Assembly (NCBI RefSeq): GCF_004010195.1
Contig: NC_057750.1
Coordinates: 3,344,761 to 3,408,760, forward strand
Source: Chiloscyllium plagiosum
Taxonomy: Eukaryota
Length of the DNA stretch: 64,000 nucleotides
Reading direction: 5' to 3'
Below the pieces are notes generated by a model. The model was not told where the DNA came from. It saw only the letters and a list, made by a program, of their open reading frames with translations, and did not search any database. The translations under genes were made by a program, and so were the position numbers. Shown here one piece after another: positions 24,720 through 36,340 of the stretch (positions are counted from its first letter, which is position 1; each line of letters starts with the position of its first letter).

Positions 24720-27700
24720 CCTTCTGACCAATGCATGTTGTGAAGGGTGCAATAATGAACTGTCGGTTAATTAATTAAATTTTTGTTCAGACTTTGTGCA
24801 ACTTATAAAATTAATTCAGCCTAGAGAAAATTTATTAAAATACGATCAGAATTATTTTGCTACACACACACCTATCTGCATTTACATAGCACCTTTAAGG
24901 ATGAAAAATATTCAAAAGTATTTTATCAGAATATCAGCAAATAAAATTTGATATTGAGTTACAATATGGAGGAATTCTCACAACCTTTGTCAAAGAGGTC
25001 AATTTTAAAGACCATTTTAAGGGGGGAGGGAGTGAGTTTAGAAACAGAATTCCAGAGCTTCGAGTCCAGATGACTAAAAGCATGGTCACCAATGATATGG
25101 TTAGAAGTGTAAATGCATAATCTATGTACTTTCAAGTGTCTGACTGATCATGTGTTGTAGCAACAACTGATATCCCTGTGACAAATAGAGAAGGTGCTCT
25201 ATACAGAGCTGACACATCCCAAAAAATGATGTAGGCATTATTGGCAAGACCAACGTTTATTGTCCATTCCTGATTGCCCTGGAAGAGGTGGTGAGCTACT
25301 GCCTTGAACTGCTGCAGTCACTGCTGTCAGGATTGGAGAATATTGAAGGAACAACAATATATTCCCAAGTCAGAATGGTGTGCAACTTGGGAGGGGACCT
25401 TGCAGGGAGATGGTGTTCCTATGCATCTATTACCCATCTACTCTTCTTGGTGATGGAAATTTACAGGTTTAGAAGGTGCTGTAAAGGAACTTGCTGGATT
25501 ACTGCAATGCATCTTGTAGATAGTACACAAATGGCTGCTTTATGTAGGGTTGTGTAGAGCTTTTTGAATGTTTTGGATGTTTACTTATCTCTAGCAAGTG
25601 GAGAGTATTCAATCATGTTTCTAACTTGTGTCTTGTTAGTGGTAAATAGGCAAGGGGGAGTCAGGAGGCTAGAATATTCTACATCTGATCTGCTCTTGTA
25701 GCCACAGTATTCAGTTTTTGGTCAGTGATAAACCCCAGGATGTTGATGGTGAGGAATTTCACGACAGTAATGCCATTAGTAATCAGAGGGAATAATTCTG
25801 ACTTGTTGGAGGTGGACATTGCCTGGCACTTATTTGGCATGAATGTCACCTGTCAGCCCAAGCCTGGTCTTGACCAGGTCTTGCTGTGTGTGATTATAGC
25901 AGAGCTCATAGCATGGGTCAAAAATGCTTGAACATGTTTTGATCAGACGGTTTTAAATGAGTTGTTTGGAAATATCGCTAACAAATTCAGTTGCTTTTCT
26001 ATTTAAATGAAAGCTAATTTTGTCCTCACCATTGTGTTGCACAATTCAAAGATATTTATATAAATCAAAATCGTTCTGTATCACATCTTGACCCTGGTCT
26101 TGCTACCCCTCAATACCAGCTGATTACCTATCCCTAGTCTACACATCTGTCCCTATCCTGCTATTATAAATCTCACTCCATCTTGCTCACACTCTGCCCA
26201 ACTTCTGATCCACTCCAAACCTGCCAAGTTTTCAGAAAATTGGCCCCATTCTGAATGTACTTTCCCTTGTAAATGTGACATGTGCTCATGTTATCTGAAC
26301 TACGTTTTTGAAGTCCCCACTGGAATTTCTAATTGCCCAACTTTAGGATCTGCTCGTTAAGAGGTAGCAGTGTTGGTGTCTCCGAAAGGTGCTCCCGGAT
26401 GTGATGCTGCTCAGTCTTGACAAAAATGTAAATCTTTGCAATTTTGGGAAGAAATGGCTGCCAATTGGCAGCATGTCAGTTAGCCCGTCCACTGCAGACA
26501 TTAAAATGACCAGACAGAGGGTTGTTATTTGTTCACTAATTTTGACTCAAAAGAGAAAGTTTTTCAGGGCTATGGGAAAAATATTCAAGGAGGAGTGGGA
26601 CTAATTAGATACATCTTTCAAGGTGCTGGTACAAGTGTGATGGGCTGAATAGTCTTCTGTGCAGTAAGATTCTATGATTCGGAGACCTTCCCTTATGTAC
26701 CTTCCTCAAAAGAGCATTCTTCATATGAGAGCTAGTCAATGAGTTACTTGAGTAACTCCAACTGGGGGTTGGATGACAGATTCCAGGCATCCATGAAACC
26801 TTGGTCTAATGCTCATATACGCACATCTTCAGGAGGTGTCAGTAGGTACTGATCATGACTGTGTTTCATCCACTCTTTGTTTCTCATTCCAAGGGGACAA
26901 CTGAAGCCAATTATAACGAGTTAAACACTGTCCTGGCTGAGATCAGCTCCCTGGATACAAGGCTGGGAATCAAACTTGGGAGGTGCAGACTTGTGTAACT
27001 TGGTGAATCACCAAATACAGCAAATAGCCACTACCTTGCTCTATGGGATGTATGCTTTATAATTCTCTCTCTAAACGGTGTTCTTGCAGTTTCAGTGTAC
27101 AAAGCATTAAGATGCCTGTACAAACCAGATGGGCATTTGAAGGTAGGTAAGGATGGCTGTTTTTACGGACCGAAAAAGCAAAATTTTCCCTTTTTATATC
27201 ATTGCTCGTTATTATTTCTTGGAGTTTTTCTGCTTCTCTTGTCTTAACTTCAAGTCCGCAGCCCTGCGAGTTACTGCATGCTCCTGCCTAACTGATGCAT
27301 ATTCTCTTTCTGTGGAGACCATGTATTTCTGAATGATCTGTTGCTCTGGGCATGTATTTATGATGTTGCTTAAATAAACATATTTCTATGTGCATTTTAC
27401 CATCAATGGCCATGGTGTCTCTTTGTAATACAAGATACCAATTCCTCACCACCTTCACTGAGGGCCTGTTCTTTAGGTCATTGAATTCCTTGCCAATGCT
27501 TTGATGGAAGATCATGTGTGGGATGATAGCTAAGTTTACAATAATTACCAATAACTCCAGTAAGGAGTTTGTTATTTAAATCAGTTTGAATCTTTTCCAC
27601 CAGGCTTGTCTTCTCTCCTGAAGCCTCCTGACCTAATTTCCATCAGTGGAAGTATACTTTAGGCTTATATTTTGCTCTCGCTGCTTTTGTCTGCTCGTGT

Positions 27701-30213
27701 TGTGACTCATTTTGGAAAAGTTTTGACGTAATCAATACACAGACTCCTAGAATAGACTTACATTTAGGTGGCAGTAATCCCTAGTATTTGTGAACCATGC
27801 ATGGTTATTTTCCAGAGGCAGTAGAAGAACACCTGCTTGGTTGAGATGAGGAGGTAGGTACTGAGGGGTTATGCAAGATACGCAAAAGGTTTAAGACTGA
27901 CTTCGCAAAGATAGTTGTGGAGAAATCAGATGGGCCTTTGAGATGAGTGGTGAAATCAGTAAGATAATAAACTAACAATAACTTGCATTTATGTTGGACT
28001 TTTTATGTGATATAACATCCCAGTGTGCTTCATGTGGACACCTTCAAACAAAATTTGACACAGAATGACAAAAGGAGTTATTAGAATAGATGTCTAATAA
28101 GATTGATCAAAGAGAAAAATTTTACGGAATATCTTAAAATAAGAGAGAGAGGCGTGGAGATATTTAGGAAGGAATTTAACGCTTCATTTAGAAAACAGGG
28201 TAGGGTGATATTAATGTCCATGTTCAGAGCGTATCATCAGAATTATTGGTTTATTTTCCATTAGAGAAACATGGGAATAAAATTTCTTTGGGTGGCAGTG
28301 CAGTGTGAATTCAATCTCCCTTTAGAGTCTACCCCAACATTCTTGACTCGAAGTTGATGAGAAGCAAAATAGGGAAAGTGTGCAAATAGAGAGGTGTATA
28401 AATGGGGTGGGCATAAACTAACTGGAGTGTAAACAGTTAACTGGCTGTTGCCCAAGATGAAATAACTCTCCATGGATTTTGAGAGTGTGATTGAGGTAAT
28501 GAAGGGAGTACAATTTGTTTATGTGGGTGGGTTATTTGAGTTGGAGAAGCTGGGGAAATCTATCAATACAAAATAAGAAAAGAGGAAGTTGAGATGCAAG
28601 GAGTTAGGGTAATACACCCCCTCCCACATCATCCAACCACTACCAATGAAAAGAATCATCAATGTGAATTGGATTTGCTTTAAGAACTGCGATTGGAAGG
28701 ACATTTGGTGTTGCGTAAGATTATGAACAGCCAACAGTGATGCCTGTTTTCTCCTAGAGCTCAGTGGTCTCATGAAGAAAGAATTCAACAGAATTTGTTT
28801 TTCCCAATTGGCCATTTGTTTTTTCCTTATTCAGTTCTTCCTGTCCCAGGAGTTTACAGAGAAAGAGATTGCACCAGATCTGGATGGTTCAGATGGGTCT
28901 TGCCCTGATATTTTGTATTCTTCCTGGTGCTATAGATACCATGAGCGTTTGTGAAGTTTTCTATTCTCAAGGTAATTTTAGGGCCTCAACAGTTAGTCTT
29001 TGTGGCTCTAGGGAGAATTAACCTTTTTTTCTACCTGTTAATTCTTACATTTTAATTGTGGAGGTTTGGTAGTAGGAGCAGGAGAGAATATTATAGCTCC
29101 TGAAATCAGATAAGCTGAGAATGTGATCTGGAATACTTGTCACTTGGGTGAGTACTAGAGGGAGAAACCATAGATGACACCTTCAACAGAGGAAAAAAAC
29201 ACCAGTGAAATGAGAAGGAAAAATGTATGGATTATTCAAGACAAAATAAAATAAAGAACTGCAGATGCTGCAAATCTGAAACAAAACAGAAATTGCTGAA
29301 GTGACTCTGCAGGTCTGGCAGCATCTGTGGAGAGAAAGCAGTTAATGTTTGAGCCCAGTGACCTTTCTTTGGAACACTAGCCTCAAAATGTTAACACTGC
29401 TTTCTCTCCACAGATGCTGCTAGACCTGCTGAGTTTCTCAAACAATTTCTACTTTTTTTCAAGCCAAAATTCATTGATGTTCACGAAAATGTAAAGAAGG
29501 AATGAATGCAAGATGTTCCTGCCTTTGTAGACATTATATAACTCATTGAAGAGTTTTCCTGTAGAAGTATGTTTATAAATTACATTTCCCATTTCTGCTC
29601 TGGAATTTATTACCTATCTGTACTGGATTTGTGAGATTGTACAACCAAATGCAAAATAAGGCAGTTGTTTAATGAAATTGAAACTTCAGAACTTGTTATT
29701 GCCATGTCATATACTAGAATGCATAGATTACAAACTAATTCCAGCTCCCATGGAGCTCTACAGAAAAGTTTATATTAAGGTTAGAGTCTTTTCCGAATCT
29801 ACAGCAGCCATTATATGGTGCTTTCAGTAGCCCCCTGGTCGTTGCAAAGGCTGACCATCACAGGCCAAACCTCTCACATTATACATAAGGAGGTGGACAA
29901 ACAGCCACTGTGACACTTAAAAACATTTCACTGAGAGGACCATTAACAAAAACTTTCTGGGGAACATAACAATCAATAAAACTTCAATAGTATAGTGACA
30001 AAGAGAGTCTTGCATATTGGATCCATGACCAAACAAAGACAATAAAATTAAGTATTTGTATATAAATATACAGCCATGAGTTCCAAGAATTTAGACACCA
30101 TTTGATTAGTTGACTAAGATTAGAAAGATCTTGGGTTTTCCCGGACAGTTTATAGCTTTACTCGCTCTCTAGGTTCAAGAAAATTAATCCATATTCTCCA
30201 AAATTATTTTGTT

Positions 30214-30219
30214 TTTATT
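30214..30219 (-). terminator. candidate polyadenylation signal of the goosecoid-like gene
   Basis: AATAAA on the minus strand about 355 nt past the stop codon. Confidence 0.45.
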
Positions 30220-30574
30220 TTTGCAGTAGAAAAATATGTGCTACGCAATTCAACTGAATCTGCTCAAAGGAAAGTTTGAAACTTAAGCAAGTTGATTAAG
30301 GTGGGTCTCCATATGGATGAGGTACAAAATAGGTAAGACTACTTCAAATTAAACTATGAAAGTAGAACAATAGGGCAGTTTCACATTGATGCAAAGTTAC
30401 TTTAGGGAAAAATTAGGAGTAAATGGTGGAGGCAGGAGATGGTTCCTCTGAATGATCATTTATAGATTGTATACAAAAGTCTTTTTACATTTTGCTTCCC
30501 TAAGATTTAAATAAGATTGAGAACAAAGGGGTATTTCTGCATGTGTATTGTAGTAGTCCCTCTGTGCTGAGCTG

Positions 30575-30718
30575 TCATGAATTGATGTCGCTGTGCAGTA
30601 ACTGTTTAGGGCATTCTTCCACTGTCTCTGTGCTGTTGCACTCACTCGAACTGTCCAGCTGCTGCAAGAGAGACATCTTTTCTTTCCTCACCTTTGCTCG
30701 ACGGTTTTTGAACCAGAC
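30575..30718 (-). CDS. goosecoid-like homeobox gene, exon 3 (recognition helix with K50, C-terminus)
   Basis: minus strand ...ctaac...tatag|GTC TGG TTC AAA AAC CGT CGA GCA AAG = VWFKNRRAKVRKEKMSLLQQLDSSSECNSTETVEECPKQLLHSDINS-TGA; not present in the ORF track. Confidence 0.93.
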   Translation of the reverse strand, partial: VWFKNRRAKVRKEKMSLLQQLDSSSECNSTETVEECPKQLLHSDINS

Positions 30719-31120
30719 CTATATAAATATGATGAGAGTTAGAAATAAGGACACTGAAACAATTACAATTTGTATTTACATAGCATATCTTTAACATAAT
30801 ATAACATCTCACAGAGTTTCCCAAGAACCAGATATGGAAAGTGACAGCGGACAACCAAAACACAATCAAAGAGTTAGGATTTAATGCTAATTTAAAAGAA
30901 GAAACGTGAACTGGAGAGATTTGGGCAGGGAATTCAAGGGCTTATGGTCAATGTGGATCAATTCCAACTGGGGATGTTGGAGAGGCCAGAATTAGAGAAG
31001 TGCAGAAACCTTACAACGTTTCTGAGCTGGAGGAATTGCAGGGGTAGGGAGGGGTAAGGCCATGGAATTGAAAACAAGAATGGAAGATTGGGGGAGGAAT
31101 CATTTCTCACTGAGATGCTA

Positions 31121-31310
31121 GTTTTTCCTCCCACAGTCCAAAGATGTGCAGGTCAGGTGAATTGGCCATGCTAAATTGCCCATAGTGTCAGGTGTATTAG
31201 TCAGAGGGAAATGGGTCTGGGTGGGTTACTCTTTGAAGGGTCGGTGTGGACTGGTTGGGCCGAAGGGCCTGCTTCCACACTGTAGGGAATGTAATCTAAT
31301 CTAATCTAAT
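31121..31310 (+). mobile_element. 5'-truncated HE1-like V-SINE
   Basis: 3' half of the family ending in (TAATC)n. Confidence 0.8.
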
Positions 31311-32390
31311 TCTCTCTACAATCCACTGTAAAAGTGCTATCTTTTTGCTGCCTTTCTCCATTTTCTAAAACATGGTTTTACTTGCATTTGGATGTGAAAA
31401 AGGATCTTGTGGTGCAGTAGTAGCATCTCTACCTCTAGGCTAGGTAGTCCAGCTTCCAGTCCCTCACTCTTGATTTGTGTAACATCATTTCTGAACAGGT
31501 CAATTAAAATAACTCCAGGAACAATAGGGCCAATGGCAGAGGACAGGATTGGGAATGTAGTAATTAAACTGTGAGGTAAATTGACCAGGCAGTGTTGAAG
31601 AACACATATCATTGTGTTATTGGATTAGCAAATTTGGTTGATGGCTCAACCGCATCTCCATACAACAGATCCAGCTCAGCAGGTCATTTAGCTGGTGACT
31701 CGCAATTTACTGTAAACCTGCTCACATCTTGACTATCATGAAATAGTATATTAATCTCTAAACCCAAACTTTTCAGGAATTAATATATTTGTTGGATGTT
31801 TGTTTGTTTGGTTGAGACTGCAGGACCAGAGCACCCATGATCTGGATCTTCACATGAATCAAGACAGTAACAGGTGCAGGAGGCCATTCAGCCCATTTAA
31901 ATTCACCCATATTGAAATAATTCACCAATTCTCCCCTTACATGTGCTTCTCCCATTGATGTAAATAATTGTTTCTTATTAATCAATTCCAGAATTTCCTC
32001 TTCCACTACATCATTTTGTGCATAAGGCAGTTTTCCTGATGTCTGTCTTAAATTAACCTTTTAATTTGAATCTATCAGCCCCTATCAGCCCTGTACTACT
32101 CTTTAAAAAAGTAATACTCTGGTTCTACTTTTTCCATTCTCTTACTTAATCTTGTTCAGCTCTCAGCTCCTGATTTGTCTATTTCCTGCATTGCCACATA
32201 ATTACCATTTGTCGTGTACTTTCAGTATCTCCAGTCCATTTGTCATGAATGATCCCATCATGTCCTTCCCCAGTATCTACAAATATACATGTTCAACGGA
32301 AGTCATTGGATACTAGGCTGATAATTATCTAAGCTGAAAATGTGTTGCTGGAAAAGTGCAGCAGGTCAGGCAGCATCCAAGGAACAGGAG

Positions 32391-32426
32391 AATCGACGTT
32401 TCGGGCATAAGCCCTTCTTCAGGAAT
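32391..32426 (-). ncRNA. minimal type I hammerhead ribozyme motif (Penelope-associated)
   Basis: reverse complement is identical to the motif at 32897-32932. Confidence 0.7.
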
Positions 32427-32896
32427 GAGGAAAGTGTGTCCAGCAGGCTAAGATAAAAGGTAGGAAGGAGGGGCTTGGGGGAGGGGCGTTGGAAATGCGA
32501 TAGGTGGAAGGAGGTCAAGGTGAGGGTGATAGGCCGGAGTGGGGTGGGGGCGGAGAGGTCAGGAAGAAGATTGCAGGTTAGGAAGGCGGTGCTGAGTTCG
32601 AGGGATTTGACTGAGACAAGGTGGGGGGAGGGGAAATGAGGAAACTGGAGAAATCTGAGTTCATCCCTTGTGACTGGAGGGTTCCGCTCGGAACCCTCCC
32701 TGCCCCCTGTAAAAACGCCATCCCATATTCCCAATTCCTTCGTCTCCGCCGCATCTGCTCCCAGGAGGACCAGTTCCAAAACCGTACAACCCAGATGGCC
32801 TCCTTCTTCAATTTCAAAAGCGTCTGCTTTCTTTATAGATCCTTACGTTAAATCCTAATGAATAGGATTTACATGTACTTGGATATGTACATGTAC

Positions 32897-32932
32897 ATTC
32901 CTGAAGAAGGGCTTATGCCCGAAACGTCGATT
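32897..32932 (+). ncRNA. minimal type I hammerhead ribozyme motif (Penelope-associated)
   Basis: ATTC-CTGAAGA-A-GGGC TTAT GCCC-GAAA-CG-TC-GATT. Confidence 0.7.
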
Positions 32933-33863
32933 CTCCTGCTCCTTGGATGCTGCCTGACCTGCTGCGCTTTTCCAGCAACACATTTTCAGCTCTGATCTCC
33001 AGCATCTGCAGTCCTCACTTTCTCCTCCTTGATAATTATCTAACCAGATTATAATGTATTAAAATTGTGTTTGACTCAGTTTACCTTTGTAAAATTAATC
33101 CTTTCTCATGGTCAATAAATTTTATGTTGTCTGAAATTAGAATATTAGTGTACAACAATCATGAGGGGGCTCTTGTGGTAGTGTCCCAACCTCTGAGCCA
33201 GGAAGGCCTGCTTTCAAGTCCTACCTGCTCTAGATGTGTGTGATAACATCTCTGAACAGATTTGATTAGAAAATACTGACAACATCCCACTGCTTTAATA
33301 TGTTATAATCACCTTATTCAGTGATGTTATTACACACTCTGGAACAGACAGGACTTAAATGTGGGCCCCCTGGCTCAGAGGTAGGGGCACTACACTGCAA
33401 GAGCCTCCAGTCATTGCTCTTTTCTTTCTGTAGCAATAGTTTCTTTCTTTTCTCTAAATCCAGATGAGCTCTTACATACAAGTGAACATTTTCTTTCCCA
33501 TCACCAAATCACCCTTGGTCTTTATTCACCTTTTAACCACTACTAGTAAATCACTTTGTTTTCCAAATGGTTAATTTATGTGAAAAGCCCATTCAGGGCA
33601 ATGCAAACCCTCAAGGGGGAGAGGAAGGGGGAGGAGAAGAGGCTAAATTGGAATGGAGTTGGAAGAGGAGATCTAATTACTGCTCTAAGAAACCTTTGGA
33701 GGGTGTTGGGGGGAGGTGTTTAAATTGGTCACTGACGTCAAAAACAGGCAGCAACCAATTAGCCTGTTGTAAATACTGACTTGACCATCTACAACCATTT
33801 AAACACTGACTACAATTGCTGTTTCCCAGTAGTTTAGCCACCCTGTAACTGGAGGATTGGTAC

Positions 33864-34066
33864 CTTGATTGTTTCTTCGGAGAGGTGGCTGTTCCTGGCC
33901 AGTGACTCCCTGGTGCTGCTATCCGGGTAGCTGGTCTTGTTGAAGAGGTTTTCCAGCTCCTGAAGCTGTCTGTCTGTGAAGACTGTCCTGTGTCTCCGTC
34001 TCCTCTTCTGAACCTGGCTCAGCAAGTGCAGCCCTAGCTGTGGCACAGCAGCAGGACTTGAGACAC
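33864..34066 (-). CDS. goosecoid-like homeobox gene, exon 2 (homeodomain residues 1-46)
   Basis: cag|GT phase-1 acceptor and AAG|gtacc donor; ...LGLHLLSQVQKRRRRHRTVFTDRQLQELENLFNKTSYPDSSTRESLARNSHLSEETIK. Confidence 0.92.
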
Positions 34067-35345
34067 CTGGGACAGGGGCATTACACAACAACGCTTGCAT
34101 TTATATAACATCTTTAATTTGGTAAGCTGTCCCAAGAATTTTTACTGGATTGTTATCAAGCAAAATTAACATTGAGCCATGTAAGGCTTTTTTCAGAACA
34201 GGTAAACCATCTGCTTCAAACATTGGCCAGTGAGAGGATTTGAGTTGGTGGCTAGAGAATTGGTTTTGTCTGCTGAGAATTAAAGCATCATGCAAAGAAT
34301 AGGAGAGAGAGTTCCCTGTGTCTTTTCTCCCAGCACCCAAAACAGAGAATCTGATATTTGTTTTTCATTTGACGGTTGATGGAATCTTGCTGTGCACACA
34401 CGTTTTTTTAACATAATAACACTGAATGAACTTCACAAGTAATTTCTGTTTTGGACATGTTACTGATTGTAAGCGGGGGTTTTATGAACACTGACTATTT
34501 TTTTAAATTTGGGAGCTGACAAGTGATTATTTCCTTGATGCAAATTAAACAAGCAGCATTGGAAAGAGTGTATTAAATGAGATTGGGTCATGAACTGCAG
34601 TTTGAATCTTGACAGTAGCTTCTGATTTAAGATGAGAAAATGGAGCTGGGAACTGTGAAATAGAGTCAAACTCCACTGTTTGTTTTTTATTAAGCTAATG
34701 TACAGGCCAAACTGCTTCAGTGACTGTACATAAAGATATTTTTATGAATAAAATATATTTTTGAAATTAAGGAAAAGGGAAGTCTGAGAATTACTTGCAA
34801 ATTTCTTCATTAAATCCACTTGATTGGGTACCGTGTGGAACAGACCAAGTAAATCCCTGATTCAATATCTGCCCTGACATCAGTTAGCATGGCACAGCCA
34901 CTGTAATTTGCCTCAGAAAATCTTGATCAAGACCGAAGCTCCTCTTTCTGATTATTAAACCTCAACATGCTTTAACATTGCAGGAGGGCAACACAATTGT
35001 GAAGAATGCTGACATTCACTGTCTCATCCTGTATCGAGTGCAAGCTGCTTTAGTAAGAGCTGCAGTTAGGTCTGTGTAATCATAGTAAGAGGTTGGGAAG
35101 AAAATTGGGATAATTGAAACTAACCCATCCACGTGGAAAAAAGATGATTTTGTATCTGCCCTCTGTCTCTGATTTTGGGGAAATCTGTAACCAGGTACTT
35201 CTGATGAAAATGACCTTGATTGACTCTCCTCTCCCATAATAACACACAAAATCAGTTACCACACTTCAGATCCTAATCTAAAGCCTGTACCTCCTAAATT
35301 AAATGAAGTTTACTATATTAAACCGTTCAAATCACATTGTGTTAC

Positions 35346-35619
35346 CTGTGTGTCTCAGACAGTAATGTGGAGAGGGCTGGTGGACCCAGTCTGAATAGCA
35401 TGATTGCCTTTCCATGTGTCCACAGTAAAAGTCTTCATCAGTTGGTACTGACCGTGGAGCTGAGTGAAGTCCAGAATAACCGAGATTGTGCCAGCTGGGC
35501 AGAAAGCCATTCGCAGAATGGAGTAGGAGTGGGCAACACTGCCAGAGGAGTTGACCAGAAGGACATTTGGTGTCCTGGCTGGACAGAATACTGTCAATAC
35601 TGAAATCACTGGCAAACAT
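35346..35619 (-). CDS. goosecoid-like homeobox gene, exon 1 (eh1 repressor motif)
   Basis: ATG at 35619 gives MFASDFSIDSILSS (eh1 FSIxxIL, cf. Gsc MPASMFSIDNIL); ends ACAG|gtaac, phase 1. Confidence 0.88.
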
Positions 35620-35713
35620 CAGAATCTGGTGTGCACTGTCCTTCCAAATGTCCACTTCCAACCATAGATGAGATGTTCCCTTGTGATCCTAAATTGTGAA
35701 ATGTCTCACTGGG

Positions 35714-36036
35714 TTTATATTCCTTTCACTTGAAGGTGAGTTCTCCCAGACTATCCCCCGGCACTTATCCGACAGATCTCCTGTGTATTCATACTTATCA
35801 GTCAGATCAGACGTTTCAAACTGTGATCGGCTATTGTTCATTCAGAACTTGTGTATTTAAGAAGAAGACGCCTAATCTGAAAGCAGTTAGGGACATCAAA
35901 TCTTCATTTCTGCACAACTATAAATATAGTCATTCCAAACCTCAAGACCTGATTTGTTACAAAATTCTTTCTTATTCAGAACATGTATATACTGTCACAG
36001 ATTAGAAAACATAGGAATAAGCTTTTGAGCTTTGAT
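35714..36036 (-). promoter_or_regulatory. proximal promoter of the goosecoid-like gene
   Basis: TATAAA (minus) 35714-35719; FoxH1-type TGTGTATT at 35782 and 35850; Smad CAGAC at 35747 and 35808; GATA CTTATC at 35764 and 35794; TCF CTTTGAT at 36030. Confidence 0.65.
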
Positions 36037-36083
36037 CGGGTACCTTTCTTTCTTGAAAGTTTCAAACAAAGTATGTAAACTTT

Positions 36084-36340
36084 AACAGGTTTGATTGGAA
36101 GCACACTAGCTTTCGGAGCGACGCTCCTTCATCAGGTGATTGTGGAGGGCTCGATCGTAACACAATGTTTTGTGGAGGGCTCGATCGTAGTTCTGTGTTA
36201 CGATCGAGCCCTCCACAATCACCTGATGAAGGAGCGTCGCTCCGAAAGCTAGTGCTTCCAATTAAACCTGTTGGACTATAACCTGGTGTTGTGTGATTTT
36301 TAATTTTGTACACCCCAGTCCAACACCGGCATCTCCGAAT
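36084..36340. mobile_element. fold-back Penelope-like insertion (second family)
   Basis: about 80-bp inverted arms 36084-36164 / 36194-36272; 12-bp duplication TATGTAAACTTT at 36072 and 36341; related decayed copy near 50945-51067. Confidence 0.8.
36217..36257 (+). ncRNA. minimal type I hammerhead ribozyme motif (second family)
   Basis: AATCAC-CTGATGA-A-GGAGC GTC GCTCC-GAAA-GC-TA-GTGCTT; mirror copy on minus at 36104-36141. Confidence 0.7.

Larger units (their letters stand above)
32333..33029. mobile_element. rearranged Penelope-like retroelement in intron 2 of the homeobox gene
   Basis: inverted terminal repeats; internal peptide PCKNAIPYSQFLRLRRICSQED typical of the Penelope RT C-terminal region; 14-bp duplication TGATAATTATCTAA at 32319 and 33030. 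Confidence 0.88.

Noticed and set aside
30575..35619. Calling the gene canonical GSC or GSC2
   Set aside because: The homeodomain is only about two-thirds identical to Gsc as recalled and the neighbours are not those I know for either locus, so no symbol was assigned.
35620..35661. N-terminal extension MEVDIWKDSAHQIL of the homeobox ORF
   Set aside because: It begins at TTG; the ATG at 35619 places the eh1 motif at the N-terminus as in Gsc.
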